A stretch of DNA of 64,000 bases. Source: Pristiophorus japonicus. Its lineage: Eukaryota. The DNA lies in contig NC_091998.1 in the NCBI RefSeq assembly GCF_044704955.1, positions 44,640,001 to 44,704,000 on the forward strand, given 5' to 3'. This document shows, one piece after another, positions 1-12,941 of the stretch (within the stretch, counting starts at the first letter, position 1; every line of letters starts with the position of its first letter). The notes beneath the pieces were generated by a model. The model searched no databases. It was not told the DNA's origin and saw nothing but the letters and a program-made list of their open reading frames with translations. A program made the translations under genes and the position numbers.

Positions 1-194
1 TATCTTTCTTGCTTCAATTTTACGTAAGCCAGAGTAATTACACAGGAATTGAATATAAAACTACCAAATAAGTGTTCAGATCTCTGTCCAGACAGAAAGA
101 ACTCCCTGCTCATATACTGCTATGAAATTTCTTGTATCTGTCTAATGAAGCAGATGTTCAATATATCATCTTTAAGACAGCATCTCTGACAATT

Positions 195-710
195 GCAAGG
201 GGGTTGGACAACAAGAGTAAGGAAGTCTTGCTACAAATGTTCAGAGCGTTGGTGATACCACACCTGTACTACTCTGCACAATTTTCATCTCATCATCTGA
301 AGAAGGATATATTTACCTCAGAGGCGGTGTAACGAAGGTTCACTAGATTGATTCCTGGGATGGGGGGCGGGGGGGGATTGTCCTCTGAGGGGAGATTGAG
401 TAGAATAGGCCTATGTTCTCTAGAGCTTAGAAGAATGACAGGTGATCTCATTGAGTAGATGCTGAGAGGTTGTTTCTGCTAGCTGGAGAGTTTAGAACTA
501 GGGGGCATAGTCTGAGGATAAGGGGTCGGCCATTGAAGACTGAGATGAGGAGAAATTTTTTCACTCAGGGGCTTGTGAATCTTTCAAATTCTCTACCCGA
601 GAGAGCTGTGGATGCTCAGTAGTTGAGTATATTCAAGAATAAGTTAAATAGATTTTTGGCTATTAAGGGAATCAAGAGATATGGGGATCGGGCGGGAAAG
701 CAGAGTTAGA
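195..710 (+). mobile_element. CR1 LINE 3' fragment (decayed RT C-terminus and 3' UTR) in SNRNP200 intron 3
   Basis: Peptide ARGLDNKSKEVLLQMFRALVIPHL matches the CR1 ORF2 motif also seen at 41102-41974. Typical ACTAGGGGGCATAGT and GTGAATCTTT..AATTCTCTACCC segments are present. Confidence 0.8.
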
Positions 711-1022
711 ATCATAGAAAAATTACAACACAGAAAGAGGCCATTCAGCCCATCATGTCTGTGCCGGTCAAAAAAGAGCTACCCAGCTTAATCCCACCTT
801 CCAGCAGTAGGTCCAGAGCCGTAATCTACAGGGCTATAAGTGCTTTTTAAGGGTTGATGAGGGTTTCTGCTTTTACCACCCTTTCAGGCAGTGGGTTCCA
901 GGCCCCTACCACCCTCTGGGCGAATACATTTTTACTCATCTCCACTTAATCCTTCTACTAACTACTTTAAATCTATGCCCCCTGGTTATTGACCCCTCTG
1001 CTAAGGGAAATAGGTTCTTCCT
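711..1022 (-). mobile_element. CR1-type LINE 3' end, antisense
   Basis: The reverse complement resembles the CR1 3' end at 43860-44148 (GGACCTATTTCCCTTAACAGAG..GGTCA.TAACCAGGGGGCATAGAT). Confidence 0.7.
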
Positions 1023-1148
1023 AGGGGTCGTATGGCCTAATCCTGCTCCTAATTCCTATTCTTGTGTTCAATGCAATACTCCCACAGCACTATACTGAAG
1101 TATCAGTGTAGATTATACGCTTACGTCAACAGTGCAGTTCGACAATCA

Positions 1149-1544
<396 letters not shown>

Positions 1545-2673
1545 TCAACGGTACATTGTGTGGAAAACCTATCTAGCTGACAGGGTAGGGCAAAATGGTG
1601 GGGATATCTGATCAGAAAATTTCTTGTAAACAACTCTGCACCAAATGGAAAGCTAAAAAAGATTGAAATCTACCAGACTCACCTGCAAATCTCCCACAAC
1701 TGTATGCTACATATTAGTGGATCACTCATGGTGTTGCGCACACTGACGCAAATACACTTTTCTAAAAATAGGGCTGATATGCCGTATAAAAAGAGTTACA
1801 TTGCATTTATATAGTTGGATATATTCAGTTCGTTGGATATATTCAAAAGGGAGTTAGATGTGGCCCTTACGGCTAAAGGGATCAGGGGGTATGGGGAGAA
1901 GGCAGGAGTGGGGTACTGAAGTTGCATGATCAGCCATGGTGGTGCAGGCTCGAAGGGCTGAATGGCCTGCTCCTGTACCTATTTTCTCTGTTTCTATAGC
2001 GTCTTAGCACACCACTCAAAATGTCCTCGGAGTATTTCACATCCAATAAATTCCTTTCTGAAGCACGGTCATCATTGTCATGGAGGTAAATGCAGCAGCC
2101 AATTTGCGGAAAGCAAGAATTCACAAACAAACAGGAGACGAAAGACGAGATAATCTGTTTTTTCTTCTGAACCTCCAAGATTGTTTTGCATTTGTAGCAA
2201 AGTGTAATCTCTGGAATGTGGTGGACAGGAAGGTTGAATGTATGCTTTTAGATATAAACAGCATATACACATACAAATGCTGGTGGATGGCCCATGATGT
2301 TGCTTACAGAAAGTCATATGATGTGCTAAGGGCAGACATATCCTACCATGTAATGTACTGTCCTAATAAGGTGGATCCATACGCAAACAAAGTGTAATCG
2401 TTCATTTAATATAACCTTAGATCTCAGTTTAATTGCTGTTTCATCCAAGAATTTTGCAATTCTGTAAAGCATTCAAAATATTGAAAATGCTTCAAGTCCT
2501 TCAAATTGACCAATCCTCATTATATTGTTTTATATTTAACCAAATACATGTTGCCACTCAGAATGAACATTTTCAGCATATAAAAATGCTTGTTTTTGCA
2601 TTATTGGTATAACAATGTTCCCAATTCAAAATAAACCGTGATCCTGAAATGTTGCCAATACATGCAGTCCTTA

Positions 2674-2898
<225 letters not shown>

Positions 2899-3210
2899 TC
2901 ACGCAAACCTGTAACCAATATCAACAACTGCACTTGTGTATATATAGCTGTACAAAATTCACAATCCCAGAGCAAGGTTGGGGATTATTAGAAACCCCAT
3001 CCCCAGATACTGGATGTTTAAGATGAATGCAGAGATGGTAGGTGGTTCAGGGCCAATTGACACTTTCATTAAAAATCTGCTATTAGTTGAAAAACAGAAT
3101 TGAAAGCATCTAATATTGCTTGGTGTTTTGGAGGAGGTGGGGAACAAGCATGGTGCTCCTTAAAGTAGAGGACCAACAAGACCTGTGGGAGAGAAATCCA
3201 GAATAGAATC

Positions 3211-3522
3211 ATCATAGGCAGTCCCTTGGAATCGAGGAAGACTTGCTTCCACTCCCTAAGTGAGTTCTTTGATGGCTGAACAGTCCGATACAAGAGCCAC
3301 AGACCCTGTTACAGGTGGGACAGACAGTCGTCGAGGGAAGGGATTGGTGGGGCTGGTTTGCCGCGCGCTCCTTCCGCTGCCTGCGCTTGGCCTCTTCACG
3401 CTCTTTGCGGTGAGACTCAAAGAGCTCAACGCCCTCCCGGATGCACTTTCCCCACCTCGGGCGGTCTTCGGCCAGGGTCTCCCAAGTGTCAGTGGTGATG
3501 TCGCACTTTACCAGGGAGGCTT
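3211..3522 (-). mobile_element. RTE-clade LINE 3' fragment with (GAT)n tail
   Basis: Same 3' end (ATCATAGGCAGTCCCT.GGAATCGAGG) as the RT-coding RTE at 53147-54700. Flanked by a probable TSD AGAATAGAATC (3200-3210) / AGAATATAATC (3523-3533). Confidence 0.85.
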
Positions 3523-3685
3523 AGAATATAATCGCAGACTCTGGATGGAGCGATAGTGAAGGTGTGAAGAGCTTTTCTTGCCTTGAATTCTCAAAATTTA
3601 AACAAAAATATAGATCCATATCACATTAGGCATTAATCATAATTCTTTATAATTATATTTTAGTTTAATTGGACTCCTTGATTGA

Positions 3686-4662
3686 CCCCAACTATTTACA
3701 ATCTATATTAACGACTTGGAAGAAGTGACTGAGTGTAACGTAGCCAAGTTTGCTGACGATACAAAGATGGGAGGAAAAGAAATGTGTGAGGAGGACACAA
3801 AAAATCTGCAAAAGGACATAGACAGGCTAAATGAGTGGGCAAAAATTTGGCAGATGGAGTATAATGTTGGAAAGTGTGAGGTCATGCACTTTGGCAGAAA
3901 AAAAATCAAAGAGCAAGTTATTATTTAAACGGAGAAAGATTGCAAAGTGCCGCAGTATAGCGGGACCAGGGGGTACTTGTGCATGAAACGCAAAAGGATA
4001 GTATGCAGGTACAGCAAGTGATCAGGAAGACCAATGGTATCTTGGTCTTTATTGCAAAAGGGATGGAGTATAAAAGCGGAGAAGTCTTGCTACAGCCAAA
4101 TAAGGTGTTGGTGAGGCCACACCTGGAATACTGCGTGCAATTTTGGTTTCCATATTTACGAAAGGATATACTTGCTTTGGAGGCAGTTCAAAGAAGGTTC
4201 ACTTGGTTGATTCAGGGGATGAGGGGGTTGACTTATGAGGAAAGGTTGAGTAGGTTCTCTACTCATTGGAATTCAGAAGAATGAGAGGGGATCGTATCGA
4301 AACGTATAAGATTATGAGGGGCTTGACAAGGTGGCTGCAGAGAGGATGTTTCCACTAGAACTAGAGGGCACGATCTTAGAATAAGGGGCCGCCCATTTAA
4401 AACAGCAGTGAGGAGAAATTTCTTCTCTCAGAGGGTTGTAAATCTGTGTAATTCACTGCCTCGGAGAGCCGTGGAAGCTGGGACATTGAATAAATTTAAG
4501 ACAGAAATAGACAGTTTCTTAAACGATAAGGGGTTATGGGGAGCGTGCGGGAAAGTGGAGCTGAGTCTATGATCAGATCAGCCATGATCTTATGAATGGC
4601 AGAGCAGGCTTGAGGGCCCATATAGCCTACTCCTGTTTCTATTTCTTATGTTCTTATGTTCT
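3686..4662 (+). mobile_element. CR1 LINE 3' kilobase, 5'-truncated
   Basis: ORFs carry KFADDTK and VRPHLEYCVQFW. Ends in the TTCTTATG tail. Nearly identical to the copy at 48982-50070. Confidence 0.92.
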
Positions 4663-4802
4663 TGATGAATATAATCTTTCTTTATGACTTGTACTCTAAT
4701 AAAAACAATCAATCCACCACAATGCACAGTACATCTGCTGTGGCTAATTGTCAGACTACCCGAGTAACATAAACAATGTGAACCATTTTCCCAGGTTATA
4801 AC

Positions 4803-5672
4803 TGGTTAGACTGGAGAATCGTAGTTATGAGGAAAGATTGGATCGGCTGGGGTTGTTTTCTTTGGAACAGACGCTGAGGGGAGAAAAATGACTTGCATTT
4901 ATATAGTGCCTTTCACGACCAGTGGACTTCTCAAAGTGCTTTACAGCCAATTTGCGCACAGCAAGCTCCCACAAACAGCAATGTGATAATGACCAGATAA
5001 TCTATTTTTGTTTTGATGTTATGTTGAGACTCGATTGAGGTGTATAAAATTATGAGGGGCCTAGATAAGAGTAGATAGGACGGATCTACTTCATCGAACA
5101 GAGAGATCAACAAACAGGGGACATAGATTTCAAGTAATTGGTAGAAGGATTCGAGTAGAGTTGAGGAGAACGGGATCTGGGTCTGGAACTTACTGCCTGA
5201 AAGGGTGGCAGAGGCATGAACCCGAAGGGGCACAGTCTCAGGATAAGGGGTAGGCCATTTAAGACAGAGATGAGGAGGAATTTCTTGACTCAGAAGTTTG
5301 TGAATCTTTGGAATTCTCTGCCCCAGAGGGCTGTGGATGCTGAGCCTCTAAATATATTCAAGGCTGAGAGATAGATTTTTGGAGTCTAGGGGAATCAAGC
5401 GATATGGCAATTGAGCGGGAAAGTGGAATCGAGGTCGATGATCATCCATGATCTTATTGAATGGTGAAGCAGGCTCGAGGAGTTGTATGGTCTACTCCTG
5501 CTTCCATTTCTTATGTTCTTATCGCATTTAAAAAGTACTGGGGTATGCCCTAATCCACATGGCTACGGATCAAGAGCTGGAAAGTGCAATTAGGTTGGAG
5601 AGCTCTTTTTCTGCCGGCACTAACAAGATGGGCCGACTGGCCTCCTTCTGTGCCATAAATGTCTACGAATCT
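4803..5672 (+). mobile_element. Cluster of nested CR1 3' fragments with an antisense SINE/L2 tail (about 4888-5020)
   Basis: CR1 3'-end motifs (GAGGAAAGATTGGAT, GGTCTGGAACTTACTGCCTGAAAGGG, TTCTTATG). The SINE tail reads CTTGCATTTATATAGTGCCTTTCACGACC. Confidence 0.75.
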
Positions 5673-6210
5673 ATGCAACTGATGGGGCTCCTTGTTAGTT
5701 TATAGCTCCTTGGACGTTTGTGACCAATGTCCCGGGATTTGCCACTTAAAGAGTTCAATTTATTTTGCAGGTGATCACTTTCCACTACCCTGACCCTAAT
5801 AACAACAGCGACTGCACTTCATTGGCTGTAAAGCGCCCGGTGGTGGTGGTGAAAGGCGCTATAGAAATGCACCAGTTGCCCAGTCCAGCCCCACAGCTAA
5901 CTGAATCCCCGTTTCTCCAATTTGAGACGTCCAGTAGTCGTGAAAGGCGATATATAAATGTAAGTCTTTTTGTTCTTTCTTTCCCCAGCCTCCGCTGTTT
6001 CAAAGAAAACAACCCCAGCCTATCCAATTTCTCCAGTTATAACCCGGGAAAGCACCAGAGCAGAGCGCAGGCCTCAGCCCCGCTCTCAAAATTTATCGCT
6101 GCCCGGCTGGAGCGGAGCGAACCCACCCAACGCCAATTTATCCCCGGCAGGCCCGAATCCTTTTCCCTTTCCCTCCCGCATTTATGCCCGAGCGCTAGCC
6201 TCTCACTCAC

Positions 6211-6255
6211 CGCCTTGTATTCGTACTGCAGGCTACGAGCGGTGACGTCCGCCAT
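6211..6255 (-). CDS. SNRNP200: SNRNP200 coding exon 1 (MADVTARSLQYEYKA)
   Basis: Exact Brr2 N-terminal peptide, ATG in GTCATGG context, donor GCG|GTGAGT. Confidence 0.97.
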
Positions 6256-6600
6256 GACTGCCGCCGCTTGACTTTCCTCTCAGCCCGACGATGTTCGAGC
6301 CTGACCTCACCGCGTCTGCTTCCGGGTCAGATCCGAGCGGTCTCCATGGTTACGGGCCTCCTCAGCTGCCCGCCTCGTCTTCTCCACGGCCAACGCGCGT
6401 CCAGGAGAATCGCCTTCCTAAGTTGTCTGTTGATGAATTTGTGGCCGAGGTTGTATTTCCTTTTTTCCTCTTGCCGCCACTGAAAGTGGTGTCGAATAAA
6501 ATCAAATATTAATTGGAACAAAACCGCCGCGTGGGATAACTCGGCTCGCTCGGCCGCCATTTTAGTCGCCTTGCCACCATTTGCGGCCCCGGACTATTTA
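6256..6600 (-). promoter_or_regulatory. CpG-rich SNRNP200 5' UTR and promoter
   Basis: High CpG density. Motifs: ETS-like CCGGAAG (about 6319-6325), RFX X-box-like GTAACCATGGAGAC (6340-6353), YY1-like AAAATGGCGG (about 6554-6563). The TSS is not directly visible. Confidence 0.7.
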
Positions 6601-6769
6601 GTTGGGACTTCTCCTTTCGCCCATTTTTTCCACACCAAGCCCGCTCTGAATGGCACGAATAAGCAACCTGAGCAACATTTGTTTGTCCCGCAGAACTCCC
6701 CCGAATCAGCTAGAGATTTGCCCTGAAGTTTTCTTTTTCTTAACTGTATACATAGAGAGAAAGGACAGA

Positions 6770-7100
6770 AAGACTTTGCATTTGTATAGTGCCTTTCAGG
6801 ACCTCCCAAAGCGCTTTACAGCTAATGAAGAACTTTTCTTTTTGAAGTGTAGTCACTACTATTGTAATGTAGGAAACGCAGCAGCCAATTTGCGCTCAGC
6901 AAGTTCCCACAAATGGTAATGGCCAAATAATCTGTTTTTGTTGTTGAATTGAGGGATAAATATTGGACAGGACACCGGGGATAATTCCCCTGCTCTTCCT
7001 CGATATAATGCTATGGGTTCTTTGATGTCTCAACCGAAAGACGGCACCTCCGATTATCAGCGAGATTTTTGTGCTCTAGTCTCGGGAATGGGACTTGAAA
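6770..7100 (-). mobile_element. Degenerate Deu-domain SINE
   Basis: The reverse complement matches parts of the SINE at 55540-56005 (GGTGCCGTCTTTCGG..GAG; CCCCGGTGTCCTG.CCAATATTTATCC). Confidence 0.75.
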
Positions 7101-7299
7101 ACTTCATTGATGGCAATGAGCTTCTCTTTGCCACCATCCTTCACTCAATGTCTTATTAACATATTTTAGGTTACCTGTCTGACATATAAATGATGACAGA
7201 ACTTTCTCCAACTTAAAATGATCAAAACTATCCATCCTGTTTGCCTCGTGGCAAAAAAAAACTGTAGTCCTGTCTCTGCTTCTTAATCTCTTTCCACAA

Positions 7300-7489
7300 T
7301 GTTCCTAACACAGGGAGGTTAAAGTAACAGTGACCTCAGTCTTTATTAAGACACTCCAGAGTGAGGAACAGGCCTTGGGGGCCAGCTTATATACAGTGCT
7401 CCCAAGGGATGCTGGGATCCCTTGGGACTTCAGGGAATGCGCTCCCTGGTGGCGGAATATGGGAGTGCATGCTTTACAGATACACAACA
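7300..7489 (-). repeat. Gypsy 3' LTR (16-bp internal deletion, damaged outer terminus)
   Basis: Direct repeat of 11534-11744 and 60849-61060. Minus-strand TATATAA at about 7387-7393 and AATAAA at 7342-7347. Confidence 0.93.
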
Positions 7490-10400
7490 TCACTCCCCCT
7501 GCCCAAAGTCAAAGTGAAAACTATTTACAAGGTGAGGCGGTCGGGAGCCTTTCTTTCCCTGGTGGACCGCCTCGGTACAAATGTCTGATCTGGTGTGTTG
7601 GCTGTGCCTTCGCTGGGCTGGCGTGTTGTTGGCCCTGCTGGGTGAGCTTGGCCTTGCTGGGCTGTTGGGCGTGATGGGTTCGATTTCCTGGTCCGGGGTG
7701 GTGCCATTGATCCTTTGGGTGTGTGTTGTGGGCTCGAAAAAGGTGGTGGCTGCTGTGGGTTGTTCAGGGCAGTCTGAACCGCAGCCTCGTTTGGTTCAGG
7801 TGCTTTCTGAAAATTTGTCCATTGTCTAATTTGACTTACTCCCTTCTTTAGCTATGACCATGCCCGCGATCCATAGTTTAGCACATACGCAGGGCCATTC
7901 AGATCAATTTCCCGTGACACAGTGGCGCGACCATCGTTTAAATTTTGTTGCTGTTGCCTGCTCTCTACCTGATCATGCAGGTTGGAGTGAACCAGCGAGA
8001 GTCTGGTTCTAAGTGTCTTTTTCATGAGTAGCTCAGCCGGGGCACCCCTGTGAGCGAGTGGGGTCTCGTGCGGTAGCTGAGCAGTACTCGGGACAGGCGG
8101 GTTTGGAGTGAGCCTTCCGTGACTCGTTTAAGGCTCTGTTTGATGGTTTGTACTGCCCGCTCTGCCTGCCCATTGGAGGCTAGTTTAAACGGGGCCGAGG
8201 TGACATGTTTGATCCCAATGCGGATCATGAATTCTTTAAATTTGGCACTGGTAAAACATGGCCCGTTGTCACTGACCAGTATGTCAGGCAGGCCGTGGTT
8301 GGCAAACATGGCCCTCAGGCTTTCAATGGTGGCGGTGGCGGTGCTTCCCGACATTATTTCACAGTCAATCCATTTTGAAAAAGCATCCACCACCACCAGG
8401 AACATTTTATCGAGAAACGGGCCCGCATAGTCGACATGGATCCTCGACCATGGTCTGGAGGGCCAGGACCACAAACTTAGTGGTGCCTCTCTGGGCGCGT
8501 TGCTCAACTGAGTACATACGCTGCATTGCCGTACACAGGACTCTAAGTCAGAGTCAATACCGGGCCACCACACGTGGGATCTGGCTATCGCTTTCATCAT
8601 TACTACACCTGGGTGTGTGCTGTGGAGATCCGAGATGAACGTCTCCCTGCCCTTTTTTGGTAGCACTATGCGGTTACCCCACAACAGGCAGTCTACCTGA
8701 ACGGACAGCTCGTGCTTTCGCCGCTGGGACGGCTTGATTGGCTCTTGCATTTCAATGGGGATGCTGGTCCAAGTCCTAATCTGGCAGGCTGTGACAGGTG
8801 ATTTATCATTTTCAAACGCTTCCATGATCATCAACAAGTTTGCAGGCTGCGCCATTTCCACCCCTGTGGTGGGCAATGTTAGCCGACTGAGAGCATCCGC
8901 ATAGTTCTCGGTGCCTGGCCTGTGACGGATGGTATAGTTATACGCTGATAGCGCGAGTGCCCACCTTTGTATGCGGGCTGAGGCATTAGTATTTATCCCC
9001 TTGTTTTCAGCGAACAGGGATGTGAGGGGCTTGTGATCGGTTTCCAGCTCAAATTTGAGGCCAAACAGGTACTGATGCATTTTCTTTACCCCGAACACAC
9101 ACGCTCTTTCTCAATCATGCTGTCGGCCCTCTCGGCCTTAGACAAGCTCCTGGAAGCATAGGCGACAGGTTGCAACTTCCCCGCAACGTTAGCTTGTAAT
9201 ACACACCCGACTCCGTACGACGACGCATCACATGCTAGCACAAGTCTTTTACACGGGTTATACAACACAAGCAGCTTGTTGGAGCATAAAATGTTCCTGG
9301 CTTTCTCAAAAGCAAATACTTGTTTTTTTTCCCCATACCCAGTTCTCACCTTTGCACAATAACACATGTAGGGGCTCTAAAAGGGTGCTTAACCCCGAGA
9401 GGAAGTTACCAAAATAGTTGAGGAGTCCCAGGAACGAGCGCAGCTCCGTGACGTTCTGTGGCCTGGGCGCGTTCCTGATAGCCTCTGTCTTGGCGTCTGT
9501 GGGCCGAATGCCGTCCGCCGCGATCTTTCTCCCCAAAAACTCCACTTCTGTTGCCATGAAGAAGCATTTCGACCTCTTCAGCCGCAGCCCTACGCGATCC
9601 AGTTGCTGGAGGACCTCCTCCAGGTTTTGTAGTTGCTCGGCGGTGTCCTGACCCGTGATCAATATGTCGTCCTGAAAGACCACCATGTGTGGTACCGACT
9701 TGAGTAGGCTCTCAATGTTTCTCTGGAAGATCGCTGCAGCCAACCGAATTCCAAACGGGCATCTGTTGTAGATGAACAGTCCCTTGTGCGTGTTGATGCA
9801 GGTGAGGCCCTTCGAAGACTCCTCCAGCTCCTGCGTCATGTAGGCCGAAGTCAGGTCGAGCTTGGTGAACGTCTTGCCTCCTGCCAGCGTCGCAATTAGG
9901 TCATCTGCCTTCGGTAGCGGGTATTGGTCCTGTAGCGAGAAACAATTAATAGTTACTTTATAATCGCCGCAAATCCTGACCGTGCTATCACTTTTGAGTA
10001 CTGGCACAATCGGGCTGGTCCACTCGCTGAATTCCACTGGGGAGATGATGCCCTCGCGTTGCAGCCTGTCCAACTCGATTTCCACTCTCTCCCTCTTCAT
10101 GTGAGGTACCGCTCGCGCCTTGTGGTGAATGGGTCGTGCCTCTGGGACCAAGTGGATCCGCACCTTCGCCCTGGAAAAGTTTCCAATGCCTGGCTCAAAA
10201 AGGGAAGGAAATTTGTTAAAAACCTGGGTACATGAGGCCTCATCGCCATGTGATAGCGCTCAGATGTCATCCCAGTTCCAGTGGATTTTGCCCAGCCAGC
10301 TCCTTCCAAGCAGTGTGGGGCCATCGCCCGGGACAATCCAGAGTGGCAGTTTGTGCACCGTGCCTTCGTAGGTGACCTTGACCATGGCGCTGCCCAGGAC

Positions 10401-11533
10401 AGTGATAAGCTCTTTGGTGTATGTTCTCAGTTTCGTGTGGATGGGACTCAGGGCTGGTCTGAATGCCTTGTTCGACCACTGTCTCTCAAACATCTTTTTA
10501 CTCATGATGGATTGGCGAGCGCTAGTGTCCAGTTCCATGGCTTCGGGTAAGCCATTAAATTTTACGTTTCGCATTATAGGTGGACATTTCGTCGAAAATG
10601 TGTGCACCCTGTGTACTTAAGCATCTGCCTCCTCTCTCTGAGGCTCGAAATTGCTTTGATCCACCATGGACTGATCTTCCTCTGCCACGTGGCGGTTAGC
10701 AGGTTTTGCAGCAGCTCGTTGGAGGTGCCCCATTGTTCCACAGCTCTTGCAAACATACCCTTTGAAGTGGCATGAATAGGCTGAATGGAAACCTCCGCAA
10801 CGCCAACAAGGTGTGAATTGCCTTGCATTCATCCTTTGTTGGGGACTCTGAGTCATCTGGGTCACCTGAGGCCTGCTGGCAGTTGCAGACTCGTGGGTTC
10901 TGCCCTGTACATTTCTGCTCACAAACACAGTTCCAGTTAATTTATGAACATTGCTAGCACTTGTGTGCTGAGAGATTTGTTTGGTGTTATCACTGGTGGA
11001 CATAAACGCCTGTGCTATCGCAATGGCCTTACTGAGGGTCGGTGTCTCTACAGTCAAAAGTTTTCGTCGGATGATCTCATGGCTAATGCCCAGTGCAGAA
11101 AAGTCTCTGAGCATTTGCTCCAGGTAGCCATCAAACTCACATTGTCCTGCAAGTCACCTTAGCTCGGCGACGTAGCTCACCACTTCCTGACCTTCAGATC
11201 GCTGGCACGTGTAGAACCGATACCTCGCCATCAGCACGCTCTTCCTCGGGTTAAGATGCTCCCGAACCAGTGTACACAGCTCCTCATACGACTTATCTGT
11301 GGGTTTCACCAGAGCCAGAAGATTCTTCATGAGGCTGTAGGTCAGTGCCCCGCAGACTGTGAGGAGGACCGCTCTCCTTTTTGCAGCGCTTCCTTCTCCG
11401 TCCAGCTCGTTGGCTACAAAGTACTGGTCTAGCCATTTGACATAGGCTTCCCAGTCCTCACCATCCGAGAACTTCTCCAGGATGCCCACAGTTTGCTGCA
11501 TCTTTGCGTTGGATTTGTATTCTCGTCGCCAGT

Positions 11534-11744
11534 TCTTGTGTTCCTAACACAGATGAGGCTGCACACAGGGAGGTTAAAGTAACAGTGACCTCAGTCTTTA
11601 ATAAGACACTCCAGAGTGAGGAACAGGCCTTAGGGGCCGGCTGATATACAGTGCTCCCAAGGGATGCTGGGATCCCTTGGGACTTCAGGCGATGCGCTCA
11701 TTGGTGGCGGTACATGGGAGTGCATGCTTTACAGATACACAACA
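11534..11744 (-). repeat. Gypsy 5' LTR (211 bp)
   Basis: Termini TGTTGTG...CACAAGA on the minus strand, followed after 2 nt by the PBS TGGCGACGAG, which I recall as complementary to the 3' end of tRNA-Ser(GCT). Confidence 0.93.
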
Positions 11745-12249
11745 TTCCCCATCTCCCCTCTGCTCCAAATTTGATGGCAAAGTCATTAGTTATCTGTCTT
11801 AAGTTCTGGGATAGTCTCCCTAAATCTCTACTTTGCTTCTTTTCTCCCCATCTGATGAATGCACTCTACATCTATCAACTTCAGATTATACAACATCTGT
11901 TCTACTCAGTGCAGTCGTTGATTGCTGTCTTTTGTCTCCATTCCATTGAGGGGGCAGTGAAAATCTTAAATGCTGCCCGTCTCTTCATGTCTTGCAAATC
12001 TAACCATTGCCGTTGCCTCACCTTTGATCCTTTTTCATTTGTTGATGCTGTTGGAATCAGCATTGGTTCTCATTGCATTAAATTTTCAGTGCCTAAGGCT
12101 GCCTTCAAGAGGCTTGGTTTATTTTGTCAAACACCTATCCCCTCAACAATTCTTAATTCTCTGAAACCCAAATCCATCCAATAGTTCAAAACTACACTCT
12201 CATCTCGGTTAGGGTGGGAGGCATGGTTGGAAAGCTGTTCTAATACATA

Positions 12250-12710
12250 TAACTCCATTACTGTCCCTGGCCACTGTCTGAGGCTGAATTAGACCGTTCA
12301 CAACCTTGATGTCCTATCAGACTCTGAGCTGAACATCCGACCCCATATTATCTTTCTCGCCAAGACCACCTTCTTCCACCACCATAACATTGCCTGTTTT
12401 ACCTCGAGACGCGATTATTCCAATGCTCTCCTGGCTGGCCTCCCACCTTGCACCCTCTGTAAACTTGAACTAATCCAAAACTCTGCTGCCCGTATCCTAA
12501 CTCTCACCAAGTCACATTGCCCCATCATCCTGTACTTGCTGACCTACAGAGGCTCCCCGTCCAGCAATGTCTCCATTAAAAAATGTTCATCCTTGTATTC
12601 AAATCGTTCCATCTCTGCGCTCCTCCAATTCTAGCCTATTATGCATCCATCCCCGATTTTAATCTCTCCACCATTGGCGGCTGTGTCTTAAATTGCCTAG
12701 GTCCTCTAGG
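12250..12710 (+). mobile_element. L2-clade LINE RT 3' fragment
   Basis: Contains GATTATTCCAATGCTCTCCTGGCTGGCCTCCC (DYSNALLAGLP) and ATCCAAAACTCTGCTGCCCG (IQNSAAR), typical of L2. Confidence 0.75.
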
Positions 12711-12941
12711 CAGTTTAAGGTAGGCCTTAAGGCACCACTTTAAGGATCCTCTTGGGAAGAGTGATCATAGCATGGTAGAATTTCAAATTCAGTTTGAGAG
12801 TGAGAAACTTGGGTCTCAAACTAGTGTCCTGAACTTAAATAAAGGCTTACAAAGGTATGAAGACAGAATTGGCTAAAGTGGACTGGGATAATCGATTAAA
12901 GGTTAAGACGGTAGACAAGCAGTGGCAGACATTTAAAGAAA

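Larger units (their letters stand above)
7300..11744 (-). mobile_element. Full-length decayed Ty3/Gypsy LTR retrotransposon (probably Mag-like), about 4.4 kb
   Basis: Order on the minus strand: 5' LTR 11534-11744; PBS TGGCGACGAG 11531-11522; gag with two zinc knuckles (11501-10617); protease (ELDTSA); RT (VFQDDILI); RNase H (LACDASSYG); integrase (HHCC, HVDYAGP, SDNGP, GQAERAV); PPT AGGGGGAGTGA 7500-7490; 3' LTR about 7300-7489. Several frameshifts. Confidence 0.96.

Noticed and set aside
2290-2335. C/D snoRNA-like ATGATG repeats closed by GCCC/GGGC in a SNRNP200 intron
   Set aside because: It is antisense to the host gene, lacks a CTGA D box and is too short.
10617-10619. Programmed stop read-through between gag and protease
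   Set aside because: The related plus-strand copy reads through this point with sense codons (GAG GTG TAC), so the TAA is most likely a decay mutation.
8119-10620. Plus-strand ORFs antisense to Gypsy pol, repeated at 61.6-63.3 kb
   Set aside because: They are shadows of the pol reading frame, shared only because the two copies are homologous.
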